NCBI GenBank assembly: GCA_951406725.2
Contig: OX597818.1
Coordinates: 80,166,001 to 80,230,000 of the forward strand
Length of the DNA stretch: 64,000 nucleotides
DNA from: Octopus vulgaris
Lineage: Eukaryota
Direction of reading: 5' to 3'
Both the position numbers and the translations under genes were made by a program. Of this stretch, positions 12,549-27,249 are shown piece after piece. The notes beneath the pieces were generated by a model that worked only from the letters and a program-made list of their open reading frames with translations, was not told where the DNA came from and searched no databases. The first letter of the stretch is position 1. Each line of letters opens with the position of its first letter.

Positions 12549-13100
12549 TCTATTATATAAAATTGTTCTGTCTGTCTGTGTGTGTGTCTTCTAGGATCTC
12601 GGGCATCCTCCATCCGATTGCGCTCAAATTTGATATGTAGATACTGATGGTATCAGGACATGCATAAGTCTTGAAAAAATTACAAAAATCGATTCCAGGT
12701 GAGAATGCGATTTATAAAGCCGTGGGAACGTGCATTTGTACGTTCAAGTACATCAGCAGTTGCGATCGATACTACGCATACGCGAGAAAAATGCACGTGC
12801 AGTTTGTGCAATAAAAGCTGGCTGGCTTGAAATAATGCCACAAAATGCAGTATATTTAAGAGACCAAAAAATAAGATGTAAAAGAGATATTTTCTTCAAA
12901 CTTGGGATGAAGGAAGGAAAGACTATTTGGTTTCTCAAGAAGTTTTTTTTTTTTGCCTTAACTTCGGTTAACAAAACCAAAAATTTTATTGAAATAAAGG
13001 CATGCTTAATTATTTTTTAATGAAAAGAAAACACTGATTGCTTTTTATTCAGTAGATATGATTCAGCACTGTCCATTGGATGGGATGGGCGTTTTGCTCA
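12549..13100 (+). mobile_element. Non-autonomous Helitron-like element
   Basis: 5' TCTATTATATAAAA followed by (CTGT)n, as in the other Helitron-like copies; degenerate 3' end. Confidence 0.5.
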
Positions 13101-13273
13101 TATGTATAAAAGAGAGTTATAGTTCACTTGAAGCATTGTAATATCAAAGAATGTAAAAAGAAAGAAAATAGATAGATGGGCCTATATTAAATATAAAGGT
13201 TTTATTAAACTTGCTGCATTGTCAGAAGCTTTGTATTCTCTCTTATTACATTCTTATATATATGTGTGTGTGA

Positions 13274-13347
<74 letters not shown>

Positions 13348-14050
13348 CAAATGGTTAATCTAGAGATACATACATGCACACACACACGCAAATACATACA
13401 TGCATGCATAATTGCTGCAACTCAGTTTTGACCAATGTCATTGCTTGATTGTTGTCTTAAACATGAACAGCATGTATATGGTTTTTCAGTCCTGCTAGGA
13501 ATCTTTCATACAAATGTGGCAATGATGGGGGCCTCTTGCAGCAGGTATTCAGAAAGCTTACCACCCTCACTGACACTGGCCTTCAACCTGTTGCTGAATT
13601 TTTCATTGAATGCTTTATTGCTTCTTGGCTATAGCCAGCCATACTATGCAGCACATGACAGGGATGTTAAATAATCAATCAATACCTGTACCTGATGCTT
13701 TAAGTGAGGAAAGGACTAGCACAGGGCCAACTCTACTCTTTAAGCAATGGATGCATTTACCAAAAAAAAAACACAAATTAAAATTTTTGTATGCAAACAA
13801 AGTCACAGGTGTTGTTAAGAAAGGTGGCTTTCATTAGACACCCTTCAGGACAAAGAATAAAAACTTCTCAAAGGGCAGATGAACTCAGTAAAGTCAATGG
13901 CCATCCAATAGCTAGGAGCAAGAGATTACTATTCTTTGTTTTAAAACAAAAACTGAATGCTGATCAAGTAAAAATTGGGGGAAAACAATAATTTTTCTCT
14001 TCTTATTTACTGTGTATTAATCATGATTTTTGTTTTTTCATTTAATTTAG

Positions 14051-14942
14051 ATTACTGAAAAACCCTCCCAAACTCGCTGATCAACAAACCTATCTTATTG
14101 ATCCTGATACTCAGAGTATGCTGATTGAAAAATACTATCAGTTCGATCCTCGTGTTGTAAGGGAAATTCTTGGTAAGAAGCTCTCAGCTCGCAATCGCAA
14201 AGATTTGGATGATGTAAGTGAGAAGACCAAAGTTTTATTACGAAGTTGTCGGCGTCAGTTTGATAACATTAAGCGTGTTTTTAAGACTGTGGAAGAAATG
14301 ATGGGTACCCTCGTTGATAACATTTGTACCTATTACCTACTACCTAAAGAACTTGCTCGACAGTACGCTGCAATAGTCTTCATCACAAACAATAGGTTTG
14401 AAACTGGTAAGAAAAAACTCGCATTTCTCACATTTGAAGATTATGTTCATTGTGCAAACCAAATGATTGCTAAATGGTCTTATAGTTCTGTGGAATGTAC
14501 AGGCCATGAAGACATGGATGTCGATCTGGACAGGGATTTTTTGCAGAAGTTACGAGATCTAAAAATTCTTACAGAAAAGGAACACCTTGATGAACATAAA
14601 AGTATTGTCTTAGATAAAGTGCTGAAGATAATGTCCGACAGAGCTTTTCAAGATCTGGAAGCGAATTTCAAGAATGTTTCAAAAACAATCATCAACATTG
14701 CTTATGGTCTGAACCATAGCAAAGACGCACGGGACATTTTTGTTGACTTGGTTGAGAAAATGATAGAACCATGTTTTCAGTCTCGATGGACACAAGCAGA
14801 CATGCAATATTTCTTGACAGCTTACCGAGAGAGCTGCAAAGAGATGCAGCTCTTTATCCGCACTGATCCAAACTTACTTGTTGTGTGGGAGCGATACATC
14901 AGCACACTTTCTAGTTGCGTTTTACAGATTTATCACACATGA
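14051..14942 (+). CDS. FIBP: FGF1 intracellular binding protein, coding exon 2 (to stop)
   Basis: LIEKYYQFD...VREILGKKLS...KDLDDVSEKT...SCRRQFDNIKRVFK...NNRFETGKKKL, characteristic FIBP motifs; TGA at 14940-14942. Confidence 0.96.
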
Positions 14943-15561
14943 CTTGGGCTGTGAGCATGTGTTTTACCAGGGGACATTTATGTGGTGCATTTGACATGCT
15001 GAAACAAAGGGCTGACAGCTTGGCCAAACAGGGATCATTATCGACTCAGTCATTTTGTTGTAGATATAAGTTTTTGTGGGGGGGGATTGGAGTTGTTTTT
15101 GTTTTTTGCTTTTTTTTTTTATATATATTCTATATCAATCCTGATTGTGCAAAAACTTAAAATTCCATCCAACCATCAAACCTTTCACAACCAAATTAAC
15201 CAACAGCTGATACTTAGTTAGAATCTAGAGAATATAATATCTAAATATCTGATGTGAATTTTTAGTTTAGGTCTCATACATTCTCAATTTTTTTCCTTAA
15301 TTTCTTTATAGGATAATTGTAAAAGTAAGTGAAAAGACTATTATTGATCCCCAATATTATTGGCACAATGGGTTTTTTCTTCTTTTTTTTTGTTTATTCT
15401 TTTTCTTTTCTTTGGTGGTAGGTGGTATAGGTGATTAAATTGATCACTATGTTTGACTGGTACTTTTTTTTAATTATTTTTTGACCCTGGAAGGATAAAA
15501 GATAAAACAAAGTTGATCTCAGAGGGATTTGAATTCGAAGTGTGAAAATGGCTTTAATTGA

Positions 15562-15783
15562 CCCTTTAGTATTCAGATTATTTTTATCAAATGTAATGCT
15601 TATATGTTTACATTATTTTGAGTTACTCATGCATTGTCTCGTAATTTGGAGATTTCAATGATGCTAATCTTTACTTTAGGAATAACATTATAGGGCTAGA
15701 TTTAAGGGGCCAGATCTGGCTAGTGTGAGCATAAAATGGTAAGAATATTTTGGCCAAATACAGCCAGTTTAAATACTAAAGGG
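15562..15783. mobile_element. piggyBac-type MITE
   Basis: TIRs CCCTTTAGTATT / AATACTAAAGGG, flanked by TTGA and TTAA. Confidence 0.75.
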
Positions 15784-16693
15784 TTAAATATTGTGAGTCA
15801 ATTTGCCTGACACTTTAACAAATTTGCCAGTGCATATACTAATTAGGTTTTGACTAAAGCATCAGCTGAAAACAAATCTTGCAAATTTTGTAATTGACAT
15901 AATCATGTGACAACAAATATAATGAAAAAAAAAATCAAATATAGTGGTAGGGAACCTAATGAGTTACCTTTTCTCATTCATTTCCTTTAATTATTTGTTT
16001 GAAGGAATGACAATAGATTATAATCTATGTCCTCTGGTGAGGATCTCTTATCAGCTAGCTCTCATAATATTACTCTTGAAAAATCTGCATTCTCAATGAT
16101 TTCAACAAATTTTATATGAAATAATATGGTAATTTTTTTTCTCTCTTTGTCTTCCTTATGGATATAAATAATTATGTAAGCAGAATTGTATAAAAATAGA
16201 TAATTATTGATTTATTGATAACTAATTATCAGTTGCTATTAATAGGAAGAAAATGTAGATTCAGCTCATTATATATTCATATATGATGTATGTATATACA
16301 TTGAGGCATATATATATATATATATATATAGCAAATAAGAAAATGGAGGAGAACAATAGGTGGTTCATCAACTTTTTGACATTAAATTATGTTAACTTAT
16401 TTATTTATTAAACTGATAATTATAATAACATACATATAGCATATAATTCTTTACATATAAGATATAAAATATAGTAATATATAAGGATACCAGTAATTAT
16501 TATAAAAAACATGTTTCTTATTTGCTCTATAAATTAATGGTAAAATGTCTCTTTACCTTCATCCATTTAGTACACTAGGTAATGTAATTGCATTGCAATA
16601 AAACACACTTGTGTATTAATAATTGGGTATTCTACTAGCAGTATATTGGATAGATATTATCCCTTAGTGGGTTGGATTCACAACCCCTAACTT

Positions 16694-16724
<31 letters not shown>

Positions 16725-18299
16725 TGTATGTATCAATTAAATTGTTCCAAATGGTGTAACTCAAAGTAGATAAAGCTATAAATAATACCATTTAGAATAT
16801 TAGGTTTAAAAAAATACCTTTGGTTTTTATGTATTATATATAAACAGTTATTAACTTGAAGGATTACTCAATATTTTTCAATAGAGTAATATGTGTTTGT
16901 AAATTACCTTTACAATTTGAAAAATTCAGGATAAAAAAATAGTTGTGGAAATTGTAAAGGTAATTTATGGACAACCTGTATATTTATTTTATCTTTACAA
17001 GGGAAAGGTTAACGGTTATTTTGAAGTTTCAATGACATAGCCTTCATTGAACAGTCTGACACAGATTACATAACCAAAACTCCAAAATAACTCTCAATCT
17101 TTCCTTGATGAAAATAAAATATATAAATATAAATGTACTTATTCAGATTCCCTCTGAGACTGTTGACGTAAACAGACATGGTATCTGTTCATCTTTAATA
17201 TATACCATATCAATTTCCGTACACATCAACATATGTATGTTGATATCTGTGGAGAAAATTCCAGCAGAAAGAGTATCCCAGACAGCTGTCATTTGAGTTA
17301 GACATAGTAAAGTGTAAAAAGAAAAGGAGAGCGAGATGAGTCTGGATAAAGGTGGGATGCAACTACCTTGTTCAGAGGTGCTGTGATCATTTTATTCATG
17401 ATGGAAGAAGGGAGTAGACAACATATCTGTGGGTTATAGATTGTTGTGTGTTGGTGAGTGAATCAGTTGGCTTTGTTTTCTTTTACATGAAGTCTTGGAT
17501 GCTCATGTGTTGTAACACCACAATCCCAGTTATGGGAATAATATTCCAATGTGGCTCACACTTTGTAGAGGTGTTAGCAGCTGACCGAAACTCAAGATGA
17601 AGACTGGTCTCTGGGATGCTGTTTTAGTTATGCATGCAGTGGTCACCAGGCAAGTTCAGTATATTTCATTTGAACATTGACATGAATTTTAATTGTTGGG
17701 TTTTATAATGTTGATCGAAAAACACCTAAAAATTGATTCCTGTCCATCAGTTAATTCTGAAAACTCTGCAACAAAACAAATCTATTGGTTCCAAATAACT
17801 ACACCTTGATAACTTTTTATATCATGGTGAATGTCTCCTGGTATATGTGGCACTCCAAGTAAAACAACCATTCAGTATGTGACAGTCAGTTTATTACAAG
17901 TTCATCAATTATTATTTAGGCCCTTAATTTGGTTTCATGTGCTTTTGAATCCTTCTTCTCTGTTTTATAGCCTCTTCCTAACCCCATATTCATCCAAATT
18001 CAAGGCACTTACCAAAGGCAATCAGCCAGTTTAGGACCTAATTGTTTTCTTGAGTTATATCTAGCTTGTGGTATAACTGTGTTAGCCATACAACCTACTA
18101 GAAATAACACACTCATATATTCAAAGACAGGAAGGACACATTGGTCATTGTAATCCTAAATAAACAAAAGATAGGATGGTCATAGGTGAAACTGCTTTGT
18201 ATATGTGTGTGTGTGTGTGTGTGTATATATATTTATATATACACACACATACATATATATACACACACACACACATATATATATAATTATGTATATGTA

Positions 18300-18337
<38 letters not shown>

Positions 18338-18573
18338 CGTACACATACATATATACATGCACACACACACACACATATACATATATAGTTAATCCAAACA
18401 TGAAAACGCAGAGAAAACACAACAACGCAAGGACATGGAACAAATATAGTATTATTGGACGCTCAGTATTATTAGTATTATATGTACACATACATATATA
18501 CATGCACACAAACACATATATATATATATATACATATATATAATTATATATATATATATATATATACATACAT

Positions 18574-18618
<45 letters not shown>

Positions 18619-18684
18619 CATATATATATATCAGCTGTAAAACCATAAATGTAAAAAAGAAACATACTCTAAGTTATAGAATAG

Positions 18685-19174
18685 TATATATTAAAGTTAG
18701 ATAAGGCCAGATTATGGGATTACCTTAGGTTTCACATCTATAAAGGTTTTAGCTTTGTGGCATATCATCAGACACCAAAACCTGTTGGCTTAAGGCCTGT
18801 CTATAATATGGAGGAAGAAAGGACCCCACTACTCAATGTCAATAAAGGGGATTGTCTCCCTTTCACTATCAATCACCACTGACCCTGCCATCCTGTGGGT
18901 CCAATAGGCCAGCTAAGCCCTTTATGGATATGAAGACCTCCGTCTTGGATTTGAGGATGTTCCTTGGGTTATGGGAGTCCTTTAGGGTCCTTGCCCATTC
19001 CACTATGCATAATTTACAGCACTTGAGTAGTGGGGTCCTTTCCTCCTCCATATTCTAGAGAGGCCTTAAGCCAACAGGTTTTGAGATCTGACAATATGCC
19101 ATAAAGCTAAGCTCTTTATGGATATGAAACCTAAGGTGATCCTATAAACTGGCCTTATCTAAATTTTATATATA
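18685..19174 (-). mobile_element. Truncated Penelope-like element with inverted pLTRs, each with a hammerhead-like core
   Basis: About 140-bp inverted arms (18697-18836 / 19023-19162); spacer encodes KCCKLCIVE...ILKSKTEVF, similar to the GIY-YIG C-terminus at 46912; HHR-like cores at 18716-18776 (-) and 19083-19143 (+). Confidence 0.75.
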
Positions 19175-19260
19175 GGCATAGCAATACCAATAATGTGGTG
19201 TTAGAACTCAATGAAGATATGTTTCTGGAAAGACATTAGTCCACAACAGAAGGTAATAAG

Positions 19261-19448
19261 ATATTATATGAATGACAAGAGAGCAAGGCATTATATAATT
19301 AACTTCAGTACCTAACAGCTGTTTCTGATATAAGATGCAATGCTATTATCGTTAAGTGCTTGTGTATCACCCTATAGCAGAAACAGCTGTAAGCTAATGA
19401 AGTTCATTATGTAATTTCTTGTTTCTTTGTAATTTATATGGTATATAT
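19261..19448. repeat. Degenerate inverted repeat with GAAACAGCTGT motif
   Basis: ACAGCTGTTTCTGATATA ... TATAGCAGAAACAGCTGT, with further imperfect pairing of about 70-bp arms. Confidence 0.6.
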
Positions 19449-19849
19449 ATTAACATATGAAGTTTTATTTTTACCAGATATATGGCTTATAAACTTGAAA
19501 GAAACATTACATCATAAAATTATGAAATTCCATTTCTATCATTGTTGAACGCTTGCAAAGAAATCAAATATTTATCTGTAGATTCATTTAAGTAAAAAAA
19601 TCTATATTTAATATATTACGTAGGTACAGAATATAATATTGGAAGTATGGTGATGAATTACTAGAAACTTTTGGCAGTTGGTCACTGATGTCTTTTCCTG
19701 TTGCCAAAATCCATCAAAAGTATGCTTATTAACATAAGCAAATCACAGCTTCCAGATTCTCTTCACTGCTTTCTTTACTGACATAGTTCAGAAAATGTTA
19801 CCTGCAACCTTTTGGCATGTGTCTACTGTTGTGATATAGAGTTTAAGAT

Positions 19850-22111
<2,262 letters not shown>

Positions 22112-22114
22112 CAA

Positions 22115-22439
22115 TTGCAGCATGGAAGGTGTTTATAAGCCATTTAAGAAACACACAAAATCCGTTAAATTGACTTCAACATTTAAATTTAATTTGTCAA
22201 AATATAATTGGCACTTTGAAACTGCGACTTGTTCGCTGACAAAATTTTGTCAGCGAACAGGTCGCGGTCTCAAAGTGATGAAAATATTTTGACAAATTAA
22301 GTTTAAATTTAAATGTTGAAGTCAATCTAACGGATTTTATGTATTTCTTAAATGGCTTATAAACACCTTCCATGCTGCAACTATTTTCGTTCCAGCACAC
22401 AATCTCAGATCAGGTCTCTTGCTATGCAAGTATATCTCC

Positions 22440-22440
<1 letters not shown>
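22115..22440. mobile_element. Fold-back element embedded in (TA)n
   Basis: Near-perfect palindrome 22115-22380 centred on CGCTGACAAAATTTTGTCAGCG; right arm extends about 60 bp further; (TA)n on both sides. Confidence 0.8.
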
Positions 22441-22477
<37 letters not shown>

Positions 22478-23985
22478 AAACATTTTACCACAGTAATTCA
22501 TTCTCTTATAAGCATTCCTTGAATCTTTGTACCACTAATACCGCTATTACTACTGCTGCTGCTACTGCTACTGCTGCTGTTACTACTACTACTACTACTA
22601 CTATTACTACTTCTACTACTACCAGCTGTCTGTTACCCAATTATTGTCTTTTGCACCACTGCGACCTGGGAAGCATGTGTTGTAGCCCACACTCTGGACG
22701 TTTTGTATGAATTCGCTGCCAAGCTACTGTGATAACTGTATTGAGATCATCTTCCATTATTGCTAGTAAACTATGATTATTGTTTAAATAATTAAATATT
22801 TATATATTTTAAGTTTTACTTTGCCTTTTTTTTCGCTTTTTTTTTTCAACATTTTCCTGTTTCTCTTTTCATTTCAGATTGTTTCGGTTTTGTAGAGACA
22901 TTGTATAATATACATTTTTCCATTTTGTTTGTTTTTGTTCTGTTCTTTTTTTTTTTTTGTTGTTTTCCACTCTTTTAAACCTCACACCAAATACCTTTCT
23001 GTAAAATGTTTTTTTAATTAACTTAATATTGTATTATCAAAAGTATATCTTTTTATCAATTTTATTTTATTTATTTAATTATTTAATATGCTCTCTCTCT
23101 CTCTCTCTCTCTCTCCCCCTCTCTTTCTCTCTCTCTCTCTCTCACTTTCTCCATTCCCATCTTTAATTTCTCTGAGTTTTTTCTTTGCATTTCCATCTCT
23201 CAGGTTTATAAATGTTTTATAAAGAAAGGAAAATGTAGGGGAAAATGGTTTTGCTTGTAGCTACAACCGTACTTCTGCTAGTCACACATCACCTACCAAT
23301 ACCGTTTATACTGTTCTTTTTTATATATAACAATCTTACAACTGTTGTTTTACATGATTTTTTTTCTGTTCATTTTGGTTTGGGGGAATTAATAAACTAC
23401 AATGAAATTGCATGTCTTTCTGTATTTAATGAATGTCTCAGGCAATGAAAAGATTTCTCCAACCAAAATGAAATGGGTTTATTTGTTAGTAATTTTATGT
23501 TTCATCTTTTATCAATGGACAGGAATAAAAACAAGAAAATCCTAAATTCAAACTCTGTTTTGGTTTCTTCTACATTTAAATTGAATTAACACACATGTTC
23601 TCTTATAAATATATAACAGTCTTTATTATATTAACATTCTTCTTCTTAAGCCCTTCACTCCCTATAGAGCAGAAGCCATTGACAACTTGTTTTCACTGTT
23701 TTTGATTCTGAGCCTTCCTTTCTCAGTTCTTGTTGGTTCTGAATTGTCTTCAATATTTTTGTAACTTTTTTTTTAGGTGGAAGTTTTGGCCCTCTGCAAA
23801 CTCCTTTTACCTCTGGGAAAAGGTGGTTCATATTAGCCTGGCCTCTTTTCTTTGACCTGTCCAGAAGAGGAATCCCTACCATGAACCTGTGCTTAGCTGG
23901 CATAGGTCTCAGGATCATTTAGGCAGACAAACCACTACACTGCAACAAGGACTGGACCTTGTAGTGGATTATATTAGTATATATT

Positions 23986-24810
23986 TGAGGTGGTATCAAA
24001 GAGTTCCTGGACTAGTTACATTTAATAAATAAATAACTAATTTACCTAAGTTTTAACATCATCTCCTTCGAAATAGTCACTCTGGGCAACACTACACCAG
24101 TCCCAGCATTCCTGTCACTTGGAATCCAGCCCAGAAGTCATTTTCCATAAGCGAATCGAAAACTTCCTACTGTACACTCTAGATCTCAGCAACCTTTAAG
24201 CTGCACTTTTATCATGGGGAAAAGATAGAAGTATGCAGGTGCTAAATCAGGTGAATAGGGCAGGTGCAGAAGCGATGCCATGTTGTTTTTGGCAAGAAAC
24301 TCATGAGTGAGGAGAGCTCAGTGACAGGGTGCATTGTTGTCATGAAGAATCCAGACACTTGGATTACATGCATGGACCAACAACATCAGCAGTGTTGTCA
24401 ATTGTTCTCTGACAATCTTCATGCACAAGCTGATGAATTTTCTCCACATTTGCAGGGGCAACACTCATGGGAGATCTCCCAGATCACTCATCATCTTCCA
24501 AGGATGTTCTTCTGCCTTTAAAGCACTCCTGCCACTCGAAACATTGTGTATGACCCATTGCCTCACCACTGCAAGCATGCCAAAGTATGCTCGCAGTCTC
24601 TGTAGCAGACTTCCCAAGTTTAATGCAAAATTCCACGGCTCTTTGTTTCAACTTCCTGTCCATGACAAAAACCGCAGACTACAATATACACCTGATCACA
24701 AAAACGCCAAATTTCACTGCAGGGATGTCACTCAGCACACTGCCTCATGAAGATCACTGCTAGCTCTCACTACACATGCACTGCCATCTGTTGGCATGCT
24801 ACAGAATTCA
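23986..24810 (-). mobile_element. Decayed mariner-family transposon
   Basis: Minus strand shows the YFEGD C-terminus, (H)DNNAPCH and TPDLAPAYF-like motifs; mariner-like terminal TGAGGTGGTATCAAAGAGTTCC. Confidence 0.7.
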
Positions 24811-24849
24811 TATATATGTATGTGTGTGTGTATAATATATATGTATATA

Positions 24850-25687
24850 TATATATATATAAATAAAAGGCAGTTTGTCTGTCTGTGTGTCTGTCAGGTT
24901 GTACCCTCATCCTGACCACGACTTTCAACCGATTCTGATGAAACTTGACACACACATAGCCCAATGTCATAATTCAAAACTAACCCAGCAAAAATTTTTA
25001 AAAGTTCCCCCAGTTCTGAAAAAAACTGATAAATTCGACATGGGGTTGAGAGTCTAAGCTTATATGCAACACATTTTCCATTGTAGTTTTCGCAACTTGC
25101 AATCGATTTTCACCAAACTCATGGAGAAGCTTAATGTTACCCTAAGGAACTTAATTCTGACGTTAGTTTTCCATGCAATACCTTGCCATCAGAAAAAATC
25201 GATAAAATCATGCCATTTTGGGAAATCGCGTTCAAATTCAAGATGATATATTTTCGACAATATCTTTAACAAACAGGCAGGAATTTTTTTTGAAATTCAC
25301 AGCGAGCATCATGTCTGTTCCAAGGAGCTATATGGCCCTTTTGATTCCAATAGGATACGTTATTACTGGAAAAAATCGATCGGTTAATTACATCATATGT
25401 GGCACACATAGCAAACCGATTTTTCTGCGATATTTTTTGAAAGTTCACATAGATTTTCCCTACACCGATGATGGACATCAAGTTTGCATTAAATGTCAAA
25501 CTAACGACCTTTTGTCAATGCAGTTAACAAGTATTGGGAGAAATCGACAAAACCATATCACTTTGAGAGCGACCATGATTTTACAAAATAACGGTTCAAT
25601 GAGTACAAAAAAGGGTAAAAAGGTAAAGGGCATTGCTTATTGACAAAGTTTCTTACATATCTGGGCAACGCTGGGCTATGCTGCTAG
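24850..25687 (+). mobile_element. Non-autonomous Helitron
   Basis: (CTGT)-rich 5' part; 3' hairpin CTGGGCAACGCTGGG followed by CTAG|T, same end as 39902-40306. Confidence 0.7.
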
Positions 25688-25701
25688 TATATATATATAT
25701 A

Positions 25702-25885
25702 GTTAATCCAAACATGAAAGCACAAAAAACACAACAACGCAAGGACGTAGAACAAATATAGTATTATTGGATGCTCAGGAAAGGAGGGTTTAACGTTTTG
25801 AGCGGAGCTCTTTGTCGGAAACATAGGAGAAGGGAAGACAGAGGAAAAAATCGCCAACAGTACACACGCGGTCACATTTTGAATG
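25702..25885 (-). mobile_element. Penelope pLTR-like repeat in (TA)n
   Basis: Shares about 80 bp with 18388-18470 and more distantly 54430-54540; degenerate HHR-like motif at 25787-25822. Confidence 0.5.
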
Positions 25886-25974
25886 ATATATATATATAGA
25901 AGACAAGAAAATGTGGCATCAAGTATAGGATTCAGAAACCTGTATTTGCTGTATAGTTGTGCTAACCTCTACAC

Positions 25975-26172
25975 CAGGGGTCCCCAAACTTTTTAGACCA
26001 TCAACGCCTTCATGGAATCCTTTACCCCTCATCGAACCCCAGGCATGTACAAGAAAATAAATAAATAATAATAATAATTAAGTAGATGTGCATTTATCGA
26101 CCCCTTGGATAGTCCCATCGACCACCCCACCCTCTTTCCCAAGGTCGATATCGACCACTTTGGAGACCCCTG
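25975..26172. mobile_element. hAT-type MITE
   Basis: TIRs CAGGGGTCCCCAAA / TTTGGAGACCCCTG; 8-bp flanks CTCTACAC / CTATACAT. Confidence 0.75.
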
Positions 26173-26460
26173 CTATACATCAAAGCATTATATATATGTT
26201 TATATATAACTTTTTTTCTGTCTTTTATATTATGTATATCTAATATAGAAGAAGACTGAAAAAAAGTTGTAATATCACATATTGGATTTGAACACTTGTT
26301 TGTTGTAAACTGCATAGCTTTGCTAACTACTACACCAAAGCAACATCACAACTTTGATTGTCAAAATTAGAAGTCCTTGCCTAAGTAACTAAGATTATAC
26401 ATAACAGTGACCTGTCAGTGGGACCTCTGTCAACACAGTATCAAGGTATGGTATTATATA

Positions 26461-26676
26461 TGAGGGAGTGCTGAAAAGTTCCTAGCTTTGGGTAAAAGAA
26501 AATACAGGAAGATCAATTAATTATAATTCTATTCAACATATTACTCCCTCAGATTCACAGACTTATTTCACTGGTCCTTCAATTTTTCTAAGCCGTGAAA
26601 GAACTCAGAAGGTTGGACCTCCAATCAGGCCTTTCGTGATACCCTTAAAGCCAGGGACTTTTCAGCCCCAACCTCA
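26461..26676. mobile_element. mariner-type MITE
   Basis: TIRs TGAGGGAGTGCTGAAAAGTTCCTAGCTTT / AAAGCCAGGGACTTTTCAGCCCCAACCTCA, TA context. Confidence 0.7.
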
Positions 26677-26694
26677 TGTATATATATATATATA

Positions 26695-27249
26695 TTGGGT
26701 TGTCCAGAAAGTTCGTGCCGATTTGTAAAGGAAAGAAGAAGGTCAATAAATACTTGCCATTACATTTTTAATCAACCAAATATGAACCATTGTGTTGCAC
26801 AATGCGTCTTCATCTTTCCTTTAACTTGAAAATACCCTCTTCCCAGAACTGAGGTGGTTTCATGGCAAAGAATTCATCAAGATATCTTTTTACATCATCC
26901 AAGGAATTGAAATTTTATTCTTAAGACTATTCTGCAGAGACCTGAATAAGTGGAAATCCGAAGGAGCAATATCTGGTGAATATGGAGGGTAGGGCAACAC
27001 ATCCCAGACAATTTTTGTCTGGTTCCCAAAGCATCAAGTGCCGAAAATGAACTTTCTTATTTTCCATTTTAAAGGGTTACAAAATTAACATAGGTTATAG
27101 GAACATAAACCTTCTTCCACAAAAAGATAGCTTAAACTGTGCTCTAAATAAAGGTGTAGTCAAATCCTATTTTATGGACTCAACCATGTTCTAAAATAAG
27201 TCGAAAGGTAAGCTACTGTAAATCGGCACAAACTTTCCGGACAACCCAA
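26695..27249 (-). mobile_element. Internally deleted mariner element
   Basis: About 30-bp TIRs TTGGGTTGTCCAGAAAGTTCGTGCCGATTT, TA flanks; minus-strand PYSPDIAPSDFHLFRSLQN. Confidence 0.88.

Larger units (their letters stand above)
3041..14050 (+). other. FIBP: FIBP intron (11,010 bp, GT-AG, phase 2)
   Basis: GTGAGC donor, T-rich tract and TTTAG acceptor ending at 14050; splicing gives in-frame ...LER-LLKNPPKL..., matching FIBP LERLL.xPPKL. Confidence 0.9.

Noticed and set aside
14118-14942. 274-aa ORF as a stand-alone intronless gene
   Set aside because: Homology extends upstream to the acceptor at 14050 and joins exon 1 in frame.
16597-16602. AATAAA as the FIBP polyadenylation signal
   Set aside because: Common by chance in AT-rich DNA; cannot be assigned without transcript data.
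17014-17050. Hammerhead-like motif on the minus strand (CAAUGA...GAAACUUCAAAAUA)
   Set aside because: Core box and stem III are both broken; too degenerate to call.
22537-22625. Poly-Ala/Thr ORF
   Set aside because: (CTA)n/(CTG)n trinucleotide microsatellite.
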